A DNA stretch of 64,000 nucleotides from positions 13,352,184 through 13,416,183 of the forward strand of contig MU058844.1 of the NCBI GenBank assembly GCA_013265495.1. Direction: 5' to 3'. The notes under the pieces are model-generated. The model saw only the letters and a program-made list of their open reading frames with translations. It made no database searches and was not told where the DNA came from. Positions 51,546-62,400 of the stretch are shown piece after piece; within the stretch, counting starts at the first letter, position 1; every line of letters begins with the position of its first letter. The position numbers and the translations under genes are program-made. This DNA is from Vicugna vicugna (Eukaryota).

Positions 51546-52768
51546 ATGGGAGGAGAAATATCCGTGTATGTACAACAATCTCCAAGGGAAGCACAGTTTT
51601 GCCAACAAATGAATACCCCAAGTTATTTTGCCATTTCCCCCAGGAAATCTGCACTCTGCTATTAAAGGTTAGCAATAACAGGTGTGCTGTTGAGGGCGGG
51701 GCACGTCCTGAAGGACTCGATTATTGTGAGTGGGGAAAGGGGCTATAGATGAAGAGGATTAGTCATGAAGTTTGTGCTGGGGATCACTTTTCACTGTAAC
51801 CTTATCCATGGTGTCCACAGGGAGATCCTAGATTTGCATTTTCTCATTCAGTTTGCAGCCCAGGAAACATTTGTTCACTCAAGGGCCCCCTTTGGAAAGA
51901 GTGCTGCATACGTCCAGAATTGTAAAACGAAAACACAAGAGGTGGGTAGCCAGAGTCCTGCGGCTTGTTCCACAGCAGAGTGAACGTTAGGCATCCTCCC
52001 CTGGTCTGCAGGAATGCGAGCGGATGTCGCCTTTGAAAGCAAGCCCGCCGTTTCCCGCATACACTCCTAATAACACCATATTGCTTGAATGTTGCAAGAA
52101 AACGATGCAGTGTAAAGAAACACTCAAGCAGAAGGAGCCTTTTGTAAACAAATCCTTGCAGCGATCTTGGATGGTCTCTAAATATTCTCCCGATTCATTC
52201 CCTCAAACATTAGAGCATCTGTTCGTGAGCCAGCAGAGTTTTTCATTTGGAATCATGGCACTCTGCAGGCAGTTTACAGGGAAGAAAGTCTTTTATCTCA
52301 GCTTTCAAAAAGCTCCATTAGGCAGATCCTTTTTCTTCTTTTCCGAACAGACCCCTGATTATTTGGGAGGAGGTAAGTTCTTGACAAGTGCTCTTCCCAA
52401 AGGCACTGCATTGTAATTCAACCCCCGGTAAATTGACCAGCTTTTGACATTATCAGATGGGAAGAGAGGAACACTTCTGCCTGAGGCTCTGGCCGCAAAG
52501 GTGAACGTTAAGAGCAGAGCCCTGCTGTGCCCCTCTCTGCAGGGTCCTCACCTCACAACAGCTCATTTCAATTTTTATGTTCGAGCTGTATGTAGAGACC
52601 TATCGGATAGCACAAGACACAGATGTCGGTTTCTTGACTCAAAGCTCCAAGATTTGAGAATGTATGAATATTGGTATTTGTGTGGCATATATCTCGCAGT
52701 TCCTGGGATGGTCTTGATTTCAGAGTATTTTTCTTGGTCTTCAATAATGAAAATGTATTCTTTTACAT

Positions 52769-52900
52769 CAGTGGTTCTCGAACTTCAGTGTACATTATAA
52801 TCATCTGAGGGTACTTATTAAAAACGAAGATTCACATGCCCTTTTACCCAGAGCTTCTGATTCAAAAGATCTAAGGTGGGACCAGACATTTTTATTTGAC
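52769..52900. mobile_element. MER5A left part (remainder ~54555-54598)
   Basis: cagtggttctcgaactt...aatcatctgaggg...ccagagcttctgattca; resumes as gtctgccattttaaccagcagctcaagtga. Confidence 0.75.
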
Positions 52901-52907
52901 ACTTAAA

Positions 52908-54550
52908 TCTTTTTATTGAGGTGTCACATACCCAACGTGAAGTGCTCTCATCTTAAGTTCACAGTTCAATGGAATTTTTAAAGAATTTTTAGGTTTATAA
53001 CAAAATTGAGAGGGAGGTACAGAGGTACATGCCTCAAAACATGCATGGCCTCCCCCGTTATCCACATCATCCACCAGAATGGTACATGCTCTACCAGGCA
53101 TGAACTCACACTGACACACTGTAATCACCCAAAGTTTATCGGTTACCTGAGGGGTCACTCTTAGTGTTATACATTCTATGGATTTGAACAAATGACATAT
53201 ATCCATTATTTTAATATCATCCAGGGTATTTTCACTGCCCTAAAAATTCTTTGTACTCTGCCTATTCATCTCCCCAAGCCCCCAACCCTTGATTTTTTAA
53301 TTGTCTCCATAATTTTACATTTTCCAAAATGTCCTATAGTTGGAATTATATAGTAGGTAGTCTTTTCAGATTGTCTTCTTATAATTAGTAATATGTATTT
53401 CAGACTCTTCCATGTCTAAATGACTTGATCCTCATTTCTATTTAGTGCTGAATAATATTCCATTGTCTGTGTGTAGCAAAGTTTGTTCATCTGTTTACCT
53501 ACCGAGGGACATTTTGGTTGCTTCCAAGTTTTGACAACTATGAATAAAGCTGTTATATACATCCACGTGCAGGTTTTTGTGTAAATCTAAGTTGTCAGTT
53601 CCTTTGAAAGAATACCAAGGATTGCTGGAGCATATGATAAGACTATGTTTAGTTTTATAAGAAATCACCAAACTGTCTTCCAAAGTGGCCATACTATTTT
53701 GTATTCCTACCAGCAATGGCTGAGAGTTCCTGTTGCTCCACATCCCCGTCAGCATTTAGTGTTGGCTTTGTTCTGGATTTTGACCATTCTTGGTATGTAG
53801 TGATATCTCGTTGTTGTTTTAATTTGCATTTCCCTATGACAAGTGATGGGGAGCATCTTTTCATACCTTTATTTGCCGTCTCTATACCTTCTTGGATGAG
53901 GTGTCTGTTAAGGTCTTTGATCCATTTTTCAATTGGATTTTTGTTTCCTTACTGTTGAATTTCAAGAGCTCCCTGTATATTTTGGATAGCAGTCCTTTAT
54001 CAGATATGTCTTTTGTAAATATTTTCTCCTAGTCTGTGGCTTGTCTTCTAAATCTTTTGACACTGTCTTTCGTAGAGTAGAAGTTTTAAATTTTGATGAA
54101 GTCCAGCTTATCAGTGATTTCGTTCCTGGATCTTGTCTTTGATGTTGTACCTAAAAATCATCCCTGGGGCAGTTTCCATTTGTGAGTCTCTGCTCCAGTA
54201 AGCTGTAGCTCTCCTTATTCTGCTACCTGTCTCTCCAATCTTAAGGGCAGCAATTTGCCCTGTGTTCTTGCCTCTCTTACAGACCCAAGAAGAGTTGTTG
54301 ATTTTTCAGTCTGTTCAGCTTTTTTACTTGTTTTTAGGGTGGAGTGGCAAATTCCAAGCCCCTGACATGAAGAAATGGAAACCGGAAATCTTCCAGTTCA
54401 ATGAGTTTTTATATATGTATACATCTGTGTATACACAGCCACCATCCAGAGAGAGCTGTGGAATGTTCCAGCACCCCAGAATGTTTGCTCATGCCCCTTC
54501 CCAGGCCACCTTTACCCGACCCGGCCCTGAGATAACCACCATTTTAATGA
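52908..54550 (-). mobile_element. Old L1 (L1ME-like) 3' tail split by an L1MC1-like insertion
   Basis: ttttattgaggtg...cttaagttcacagttcaatg | ... | cagttcaatgagttttt...ccagcaccccaga...gataaccacc. Confidence 0.65.
52980..54393 (-). mobile_element. L1MC1-like element: 5' ~230 bp fused to 3' ~1.2 kb, with TSD
   Basis: 3' UTR (ccaccagaatggtaca, tcacccaaagt); ORF2 remnants to ~54162; minus-strand 5' start GATTTCCGGTTTCC; TSD core CAGTTCAATG at 52962 and 54394. Confidence 0.85.
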
Positions 54551-55581
54551 TTCTAAGAGTCTGCCATTTTAACCAGCAGCTCAAGTGAACTGGATGTATA
54601 TGCCTTTCTTGGTTCTTTTTTTTTAAATTAGTGGATTTAGTACCATCATCAGGAAAAACTCACCTATAGTTCTGAGGCTGAAACGAGTAGAAATAGTCAC
54701 ATAATGGATAAACTTGACATCCCTATCAAATGAACCTTCCCCAGAGATTTAGGAAACCCCCAAATCCAGAGGAGGCTGCCAGGCACAGAAAATCATGCCT
54801 GGAATGTGACTGATGAAAAGAGGCTGATGGAAAAGCTATGCTGGGGTGTTCGGTGGTGTCTTACCAAATCAATCTTGAAAGTAGGCAGTTTTAATGTCTG
54901 TCAAGCACTACTATCCAGGCAGAGGGTATTTTGATTCCATAAAACTTATTTTTTTTAACTAGAAACAGTAATAGTTAATATTCTTTGAGCATCTTAATTA
55001 ATTCTCACAACAGCCCTATTAAGATAAACTTTTCCCAGAAAACCAACATCGATTCTTTGGTTAGGAGTAAAATAGCATGAACATTTATTGACTGTTCTTA
55101 TGTGACAGTTGTTATGCTTGGTGCTTTAAATGGATTATTTTTTTTTCTTTATTTCCATATTTAGAAGAGAGAAATAAGCAGTAGTGAACTTTCCCACAGT
55201 CACTAGTAGGTGGTAAATGAGCTCTGAAGCCAACCTAAATCTCACCCATATTTTAATCTCTTAGCTTCTGTGCAGGACTGTTTCCTTAGAGAAAAACAAT
55301 CCACTAATTTCTTAGCTTGGTGGAACTCTGATGTCTTGAGATTATGCAGTTTACTTGTTTTAATTAAGCCTTTTGATGGATAATTTGGAGATCTGAATAT
55401 TCATGCCTATCCAAAGGCATAAATTCCTACAAGGAGATAACTTCCAATGCAGGCTCATAAATTGGCACTCTGGTTTATACATCAGAATCTTGTGAGTTTG
55501 GTCAGTGTGTAAATGGGCCCTAAAGGGCTGAACAGTTCTGTGTACCATGATAAAAGTTAAGTTTCAAAACTTGAAAACCTG

Positions 55582-55669
55582 TGTGCGAACTCTCTGTATT
55601 TTCTGCTCAATTCTGCTGTGAACCTGAAACTGCTCTAAAAAAATTAAGTCTATTAAAAATAATAATGAA
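55582..55669 (+). mobile_element. Severely 5'-truncated L1MC-type tail with perfect 16-bp TSD
   Basis: AAAACTTGAAAACCTG at 55566-55581 and 55670-55685; body gaactctctgta...gctgtgaacctgaaactgctctaaaa. Confidence 0.9.
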
Positions 55670-56454
55670 AAAACTTGAAAACCTGAGGATAATAGCTGAC
55701 CCAGGGTGATTTCTCCATGATATTATCAGCAAACTCAGTTCCCTCTCCTAATTAGCTCACTGCTATGCTTTATTCCCTCCAGTCCCACGAGAGTTCCTGT
55801 AGTAAAGGTTTTACACACTCAATTTTTCTTACTTGAAAAATCTCAAAGAAGGAATATAGATTCAAGAGAAAAATGTATTCTTTATTCCCTTTTGTCATTA
55901 CAATATGCATACAGTGACAGTGAATGTTACTATTTAAAGTTCTGGTCTCACTGTTTTACTAGTTGTACTATAAATTTTCGTGGAAAAAAAATCATCTCAA
56001 GGATTTCTAGGCAGGTCAAATTTCTTTTAGAAACAAGAGTTACAGATGCCATAATGTCCATGAATAATTCCAATTCCTTTTGCTTAAGCAAAATCCAAGT
56101 GTGTTCTCATAAACAGCTGACCCACACTAGTCTTTTTTTCCCTTTGCAGTTACATTTCCACTCAGAACATACCTGGTCCCTTTTAAATGTCTCTGTTATC
56201 ACTCACAGAGAAGGAACAAATGCTCTTTCACTGTAACACCTTTCCTTAGCTCTAACCTTGAACTCCGTCTATGGGTTCTGGCATTCATCAGTATAAAGGG
56301 CAGTTTGATCTCAATATCAGCAGTAATTCTATTGCATGGGGCTACTAATTCTTATGGATCTATCTAGGTTTAAGGTAAATGCACTCTTGTGGCCTGTGAA
56401 ACAATGTAACAGGGACTTAGGAGCTCCCATATCCATTTGGAATTTATTCAGCCA

Positions 56455-56622
56455 TATAGCTATTATTCCGCTAGAATATATGCTCCATGAGTACAGGGAG
56501 TTTTATGTTTTTGATCACTCTGTGTCCGCTGGTATCAGTGCATAAAAAGTGCTATATAAATATTTATTGAATGAATGAATGAATGAATCCATCCATCCAT
56601 CCATCCATCCATCCATCCATCC
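56455..56622 (+). mobile_element. L2 3' end with (GAAT)n-(CCAT)n tail
   Basis: ctagaatatatgctccatgagtacaggga...taaatatttattgaatgaatgaat then (ccat)n. Confidence 0.8.
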
Positions 56623-56774
56623 AATGTTTACCACCCCTTCTCAGCTAAAGTACAAGCATCTTTAGGTGCATAGAATTTCCTCTAAAATGACTAAAAAGCA
56701 GCTCCCTTGTTCGGCCATTTCATACAGCTCTAGTTCAAACAAGAACTGAAGTATATCAGACCACTGCTTGCTTG

Positions 56775-56815
56775 CTTTTCTTTCTTTCTTTCCTTCTTCC
56801 TTCCTTCCTTCCTTC

Positions 56816-56902
<87 letters not shown>

Positions 56903-56957
56903 TTCTTTCTTTTCTTTCTCTCTTTCTCTCTTTCTCTCTCTCTTTCTTTCTTTCTCC
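56775..56957. repeat. Compound (TTTC)n/(TTCC)n/(TC)n pure pyrimidine tract
   Basis: 183 nt with no purine on the + strand. Confidence 0.95.
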
Positions 56958-57419
56958 AAAATAAAGTTATTCTTCTGATGTAGGTCATTTAAGTGACTAC
57001 ATTTTTGATAAACAGCAGTTTGGGTATACTTCCTCTCAGCTGCGCCAGTTTGTTCTTTTAATTCCAGCTTTCATTCATGGAAAGAGCAATTCATCTGTTT
57101 TTATTCAATAATCAAGAGAGTTGTTTTCCCCTGAAATGAGTTTGATTTATTAATAGGCTAGATAAGGCATAAACAGAGGAATTAATCCTTAAAAGGCCAC
57201 ATTTCCATTGAATGGGTATTTAAGATCTGTTGGACTGAAGGAAGGATGGGAAGATAATGGCAGAGAGGATTTTGTGCAGCTCAGGTCCCATCCTGCTTCC
57301 CCTGTTTGTCTGAGTGGCAGCAGTGGTGATCATTTTCCCTGGCTTGTGCTGCTATCAGGCCATAAGTAGAGGTAGAGAGAGATGCCCTGGCTGTGTCTGG
57401 GTCTCCATGGAACACTTTT

Positions 57420-57964
57420 TTTTTTAATTGAAGTATAGTTAATTTACAATGTTGTGTTAGTTTCAGGTGTACAGCAAAGTGATTCAGTTATATATATATG
57501 TCACTTTTCTTGTATATGTACATGTATATGTGTGTGTATGTGTATATATATATATATATGTCACATTCTTATATACAAGAATATATATATTCTTTTTCAG
57601 ATTCTTTTCCATTATAGGTTATTACAAGATATTGAATATAGTTCCCTGTTCTCTACAGTAGGCCCTAGTGGTTTATCTATTTTTATGTATCGTAATGTGT
57701 ATACGATAATCCCAAACTCCTAATTCACCCCCTCCCCCCACTTTCCCCTTCAGTAACCATAAATGTGTTTTCTATGTCTGTGAGTCTGTTTCTGTTTTGT
57801 AAGTTCATTTGTATCATTTTTTTAGTTTCCAGGTATAAGTGATATCATAAGATATTTGTCTTTCTCTGCCTGACTTACTTCACTTAGTATGATGATCTCT
57901 AGGTCTCTATCTATGTCGCTGCAAATGGCATTATTTCATTCTTTTTTGTGGCTGAGTAATATTC

Positions 57965-58006
<42 letters not shown>

Positions 58007-58235
58007 CACATCTTTATCCAATCATCTGTTAATGGACATTTAGGTTGCTTCTAGGTCTCAACTACTGTAAATCATACTCCTATAAACATTGAGGTGCATG
58101 AACCTTTTCAAATCAGAGTTTTTTCCAGATATATGCATAGGAGTGGGATTGTTGGATTGTATGTTAACTCTGTTTTTAGTCTTTAAGAAACCTCCATACT
58201 ATTTGTTCTCCATAGTGGCTGCACTGAACTACATT
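57420..58235 (-). mobile_element. 5'-truncated cetartiodactyl L1 with TSD
   Basis: TSD TCCATGGAACACTTTT (57404-57419) vs TCCTTGGGACACTTTT (58236-58251), 14/16; typical 3' UTR. Confidence 0.92.
57967..58004. repeat. (GT)19 microsatellite inside L1
   Basis: Read directly. Confidence 0.95.
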
Positions 58236-59009
58236 TCCTTGGGACACTTTTGATCATTAACAGTTGCAACACTCACTACCTAACTTCAAGACCGTCACTC
58301 CCTCTCTGGTGTGTTCTTTATCAAGTCTTTATCAAGCCATCTTGTGTTGTTAAATCCTGCACAGACTTGCAAAATGAGCATATTCTCAAATGTACTAAAT
58401 AATTCTGCTGTGAGTGAACTGGATGAGGGGGACGGGTGTTCAGAAACTCCACGCCCTGACTGGTTGTCATTGAAGCCACTGTTGCCACAGAAACAAGGAA
58501 ACGTTTAAATCCCAAGTCTTATTTGCAAATCCCAAGGGCTTTTCCTTCACTGCTAGTGGAATTAATTATTCTAATAGCTCAGAGACATATTATGGATTCT
58601 TGCAGTCATTGAGAGTCAGACTCCTGCAAAGCCAGATCTTTATGGGTCATTCAAGTTAATTAACATTGAGTGGCAAATGCTGCTAAAAATTCAGGGCTTC
58701 ATGTATGGCAGGCTTTATTTTATCATTACTCTGGGGTTAGGTTGGTGGGTTAGCATGAGATGGGACATGTTATTCACAATGATGAAATGAATGCAATGAA
58801 CTGGAAGATAGGAACATTATTACCGTAGAGTATTGTTTTAGCATGCCAGTAAACATAGGCAGCCTCAGCTTCACCTTACCAAGTGGGGTTTTTGCTCTTA
58901 GTGTGTGCAGATAAAGCATCTCCTACGGGACCAGGTCCTATTCTTTGGAGTCAGATTCCATCATTCATGGAAAGCAACACTGCACCAGGCCCACAGTCTT
59001 AGTCATAGA

Positions 59010-59580
59010 ACACAGTGTAGTGGTTAAGAACTCAGATGCCGCAGTAAGGCTTCCCAGGGGTCTAACCTCGTTCCCCATATAAACTAGCTGTGTCACCTTG
59101 GACAAGTGCCTTAACCTTTCTGAACCTCTGTAATGTCAGGGGACTAACAATTCTTATTCCACAGGATTGTTAAATAACAAAAATTCAACTGAATTTAAGG
59201 ATCAAACTGACTTTATTAAACGACTCATGAATCGGGCAGCCTTCATGTAGCAAGTAGAAAGGAACTTTGCTGAACTGTAGAAGAGGAAAGTTTTTAAAGG
59301 TGGAAAGGAGGAGGCAAAAGGAAATTATTAGCAAAGAATGCATTGTTTCAGGCAAGGTCGCACTCCTAAGGGGAAAAGATTACCTCACTTAGTGCTGACC
59401 AGTTAATTCCAGGCTGACTGGTTAAAGGTTACATTCCTGGGGGGCTGAGACTGCAATTAGGTTAGGTATTAAGCACAAGTGACACCATTTTGGGTTTTTA
59501 ACAGGATTAAATGAGATAATGTACTTTTCATGCTGGCTATGGTACCTGGAATTCAGAAGTGCTCAATAAATATTAGGCTG
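59010..59580 (+). mobile_element. MIR interrupted by LTR
   Basis: cagtgtagtggttaagaa...ctagctgtgtcaccttggacaag | ggattaaatgagataatg...gctcaataaatatt. Confidence 0.85.
59168..59503 (-). mobile_element. ERV1-class solo LTR (336 bp)
   Basis: Termini TGTTAAA...TTTAACA; GGAT on both flanks; minus-strand AATAAA at ~59212. Confidence 0.85.
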
Positions 59581-59694
59581 TTGTTTTATTTTTGTTGTTC
59601 ATTGGGGAATAGAGTTTGAAAGGAGAATGAAGCTAGAGAAAAGTGGGAGATGGGAGGAGTTTTGAGAAGGACATTAGACAAACTATCCTTATAT

Positions 59695-59950
59695 TTATTC
59701 ATTCTTTAACCAGTATTTATGGAGCAATCACTCTGTGCCATGCACTATTCTGTGGATTTGGAATATGGTAGAGGGGAAAAACAAATGTTTCTGCTTTGTG
59801 GAACTCACAGCCTATTGGGGAGGCAGTTAATAAGCAGTAAACACAATAACTGAATAAATTACATAGTATGTTAGAGGATGATAAGTGTCATAAAAAAGGA
59901 AAAAGTGAAGAACAGTAAGAGGAACAAAGAGCACTGAGGGGAGGGGAGTG
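59695..59950 (-). mobile_element. L2 3' end
   Basis: tatttatggagcaatcactctgtgccatgcactattct...tctgctttgtggaactcaca...tgataagtg. Confidence 0.75.
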
Positions 59951-60059
59951 GGGCTGGTTAAACCTAGGATTCTGCTCGTGACCTGCCATTCAGACCGTGA
60001 GTCCTTACTGCAATGGGATTTGCTTCTACCAGGAGCACCAGACAAAAAACAAGAGTTGA

Positions 60060-60275
60060 CTGGACATGTACTCCGTGTCCCCACGCTGTTCTAAGAATGT
60101 CACATAAGATACTTTTCAAAATCCCAACAACAGGCCACCATTATTATTTACTCCATCTTACAGTAGAGGCACGTGAGGTACAGCGAAGTTAAGTAAATTG
60201 CCAAAAATGGCACAGTTCATCAGTATCAGTGCCATGATTCCAGTGCCAGCATTCTGAACCACTAAGCTATACCAC
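60060..60275 (-). mobile_element. MIR
   Basis: ctccatcttacagtagaggcacgtgaggtacagcgaagttaagtaaattgcc. Confidence 0.75.
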
Positions 60276-60902
60276 ATCCAAAAAGCAGGGAGTCAACGTT
60301 TGAATATAGAGACCCTGACATAATCTCAGGCTGCTGGGACAACTCTGTCTTTCCAAATAACAAAGTAAGCTTCAAATCCACTCATTTGTAGATCCCGCCC
60401 CCCTCTTTTTTGTGTGTGTAAATACTTTTAAGGTAAAATATATTATCAGGTATTCATGTGATAATTGCTTTACTTTAGTCATCTGTTGATAGAGAAAATA
60501 GAAACTGATTAAAAGGGATTGACTATGAATTCAGCAGATGTTTTAAATCCATTTGTATTATTATTCATCTCAACAGTCCCTACTTAGGTTTTTTATTCAG
60601 AGAACAGATAGGTATTGTGCTTGGTGTACATATGAATTTGGGAACTCTTTTCAGTGAATCAACCATGCCCCGGAAGTTTATGATCCAAAGGTAAGGTCTT
60701 TAAAGTAACCTTTTAGTTAGAGTTTTGTGGTCGTCTTTAATTGGGGATGGATGACACAGCCCAACAGGAGGGGAAAGGCAGACTTTGTTTTCTTTTACAT
60801 CTGTTTTTGTGAGTTTCTATAAATGGGATACCAATTGAGAATTCTCTGACTTGAAGCCACATAAACCTAAAGGCCTTCCTACTGGCAAACTTGTAAGAAG
60901 TA

Positions 60903-61120
60903 GACAGTATATGGAGTTAAGGACTGACCCCTAAGCAAGACTATCTGTGGTTGTATCTTTAGCCACATAACAGCTGGTTAATAGGAATCATCATCCCCAT
61001 CATCATCATCGTCAAATCGTAGGTCTTTGATGAGAAGTAAATGAATACTCCAAGTAAAATACTCGTCACAGTACCTTGCACACATTCAACATTCAATGAG
61101 TATTATCAGTCATTATTAAT
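60903..61120 (+). mobile_element. MIR (degenerate)
   Basis: acagtatatggagttaagga...gatgagaagtaaatga...acagtaccttgcacaca...ttcaatgagtatta. Confidence 0.55.
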
Positions 61121-61942
61121 AAACAAAAAAAAAGTCATTGATATTCTTAGCAGGTGTATGAGAGATGGACTTGCAGAATAAGGAGAAATGATGGAAGTCA
61201 GTATCTGGCTTTGGTTATGACTTTTTGCATTCAACACAGCAGAACCTCACGCAACTGGTGATCAGATCTGTTTTCACCCGCGAGCATCCTGAATAGAAAA
61301 AGATTAATGTGTGATAAGAAAGAGCACTTTAAACAACTAGCCTGAAAATAGTGCAGAAGACCAATGTGCTATGATTGGTCTGTTTTCTGAATAGGAGAAA
61401 AAGAAGGTAAAGCATATGCTAATTAGTGATGTCTTTCTGCAGAGAAGTCAAGGAAAACAGGAGACAGAAGCAAAAGAAAGAAGGAAAGGGGAAAAGAAAA
61501 CACAGGTTCCTTCTGTTATCTGAAAGTAGAGCGCTCCTGTGAAACCTTTCACAAGCCGAAATGGCATAAATCGAAAAAGCAATTACTTTAGGACACATCT
61601 AACTGAAGGATGCACAAAATAAATCGAGATAAAGCACAGATGCTCATAACACAGTTCAAAGCTACGGCAACAGGATGCTGAGATGCTGAGTGTGGTTTCC
61701 AGAAAAGGAGCTTGGGGGTACCGCTCTCACTGCACTCCCTCTATAACAGCTCCCTGCAAAACAAACACCAACGCTGTTTTCACTTTTCGCTTTTTTTTTG
61801 GTAAAGGGAAAATCCTTTTCAGATTTCTTTCGGTTAGGCAAATAGGTACCTATGCAGGTCTTTCATAAAAGTGAAGTGGCTTAAAACAAACTCTTGAGAA
61901 GCAGGGATAGCTATAGTAGGGAATAGAAGTTGTGGCCCTGGT

Positions 61943-62068
61943 GGGGAGGATATAGCTCAAGTGGCAGAGAGCATGCTTAGCATGCAGAAGGTCCTGGGTT
62001 CAATCCCCAGGACCTCCTCCAAAGATAAATAAATAAAAACCTAATTACCTCCCCCACCCTCAAAACAC
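61943..62068 (+). mobile_element. Camelid tRNA-derived SINE (Vic-1-like) with TSD
   Basis: ggggaggatatagctcaagtgg...gcatgcttagcatgc...ggttcaatcccc...ctaattacctccccc; TTGTGGCCCTG at 61930-61940 and 62069-62079. Confidence 0.9.
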
Positions 62069-62279
62069 TTGTGGCCCTGATCACAGGACAGAGGCAGCTG
62101 GATGACAGGTGGGAGGCATCTGATGGGGTGCGGGGCAGGGGGAGAATGGAGTCATCAGTGAAGACAAAGATGACAGAACAGTGCTCCTGTTTGGCGGGTG
62201 TTTCATCAATCCTTATAGGAACAGGCGTTCTCTACTCCCTGGGCCAGGCAGTATCTGGGGATGGGGGATCCTTCGTAAT

Positions 62280-62400
62280 GATTATGAATGTCTAATCAGT
62301 GTTTGTTTTGTGCCAGGCATGTTTTTCATATCTCATAAAGTAGATTATCCCTGTTTTATGGATGCAGAAGTGAAAGCTTAAAGAGGTTAAGGCCACTCAG
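62280..62400 (-). mobile_element. MIR fragment
   Basis: gtgccaggcatg...attatccctgttttatggatgcagaagtgaaagcttaaagaggttaag. Confidence 0.65.

Noticed and set aside
56662..56988. KERK-rich and FLSF-rich ORFs
   Set aside because: These are translations of the (TTTC)n microsatellite.
61240..61310. Minus-strand acceptor ttaatctttttctattcAG with CpG-containing downstream sequence
   Set aside because: Only a weak donor follows, and no frame gives a recognisable peptide.
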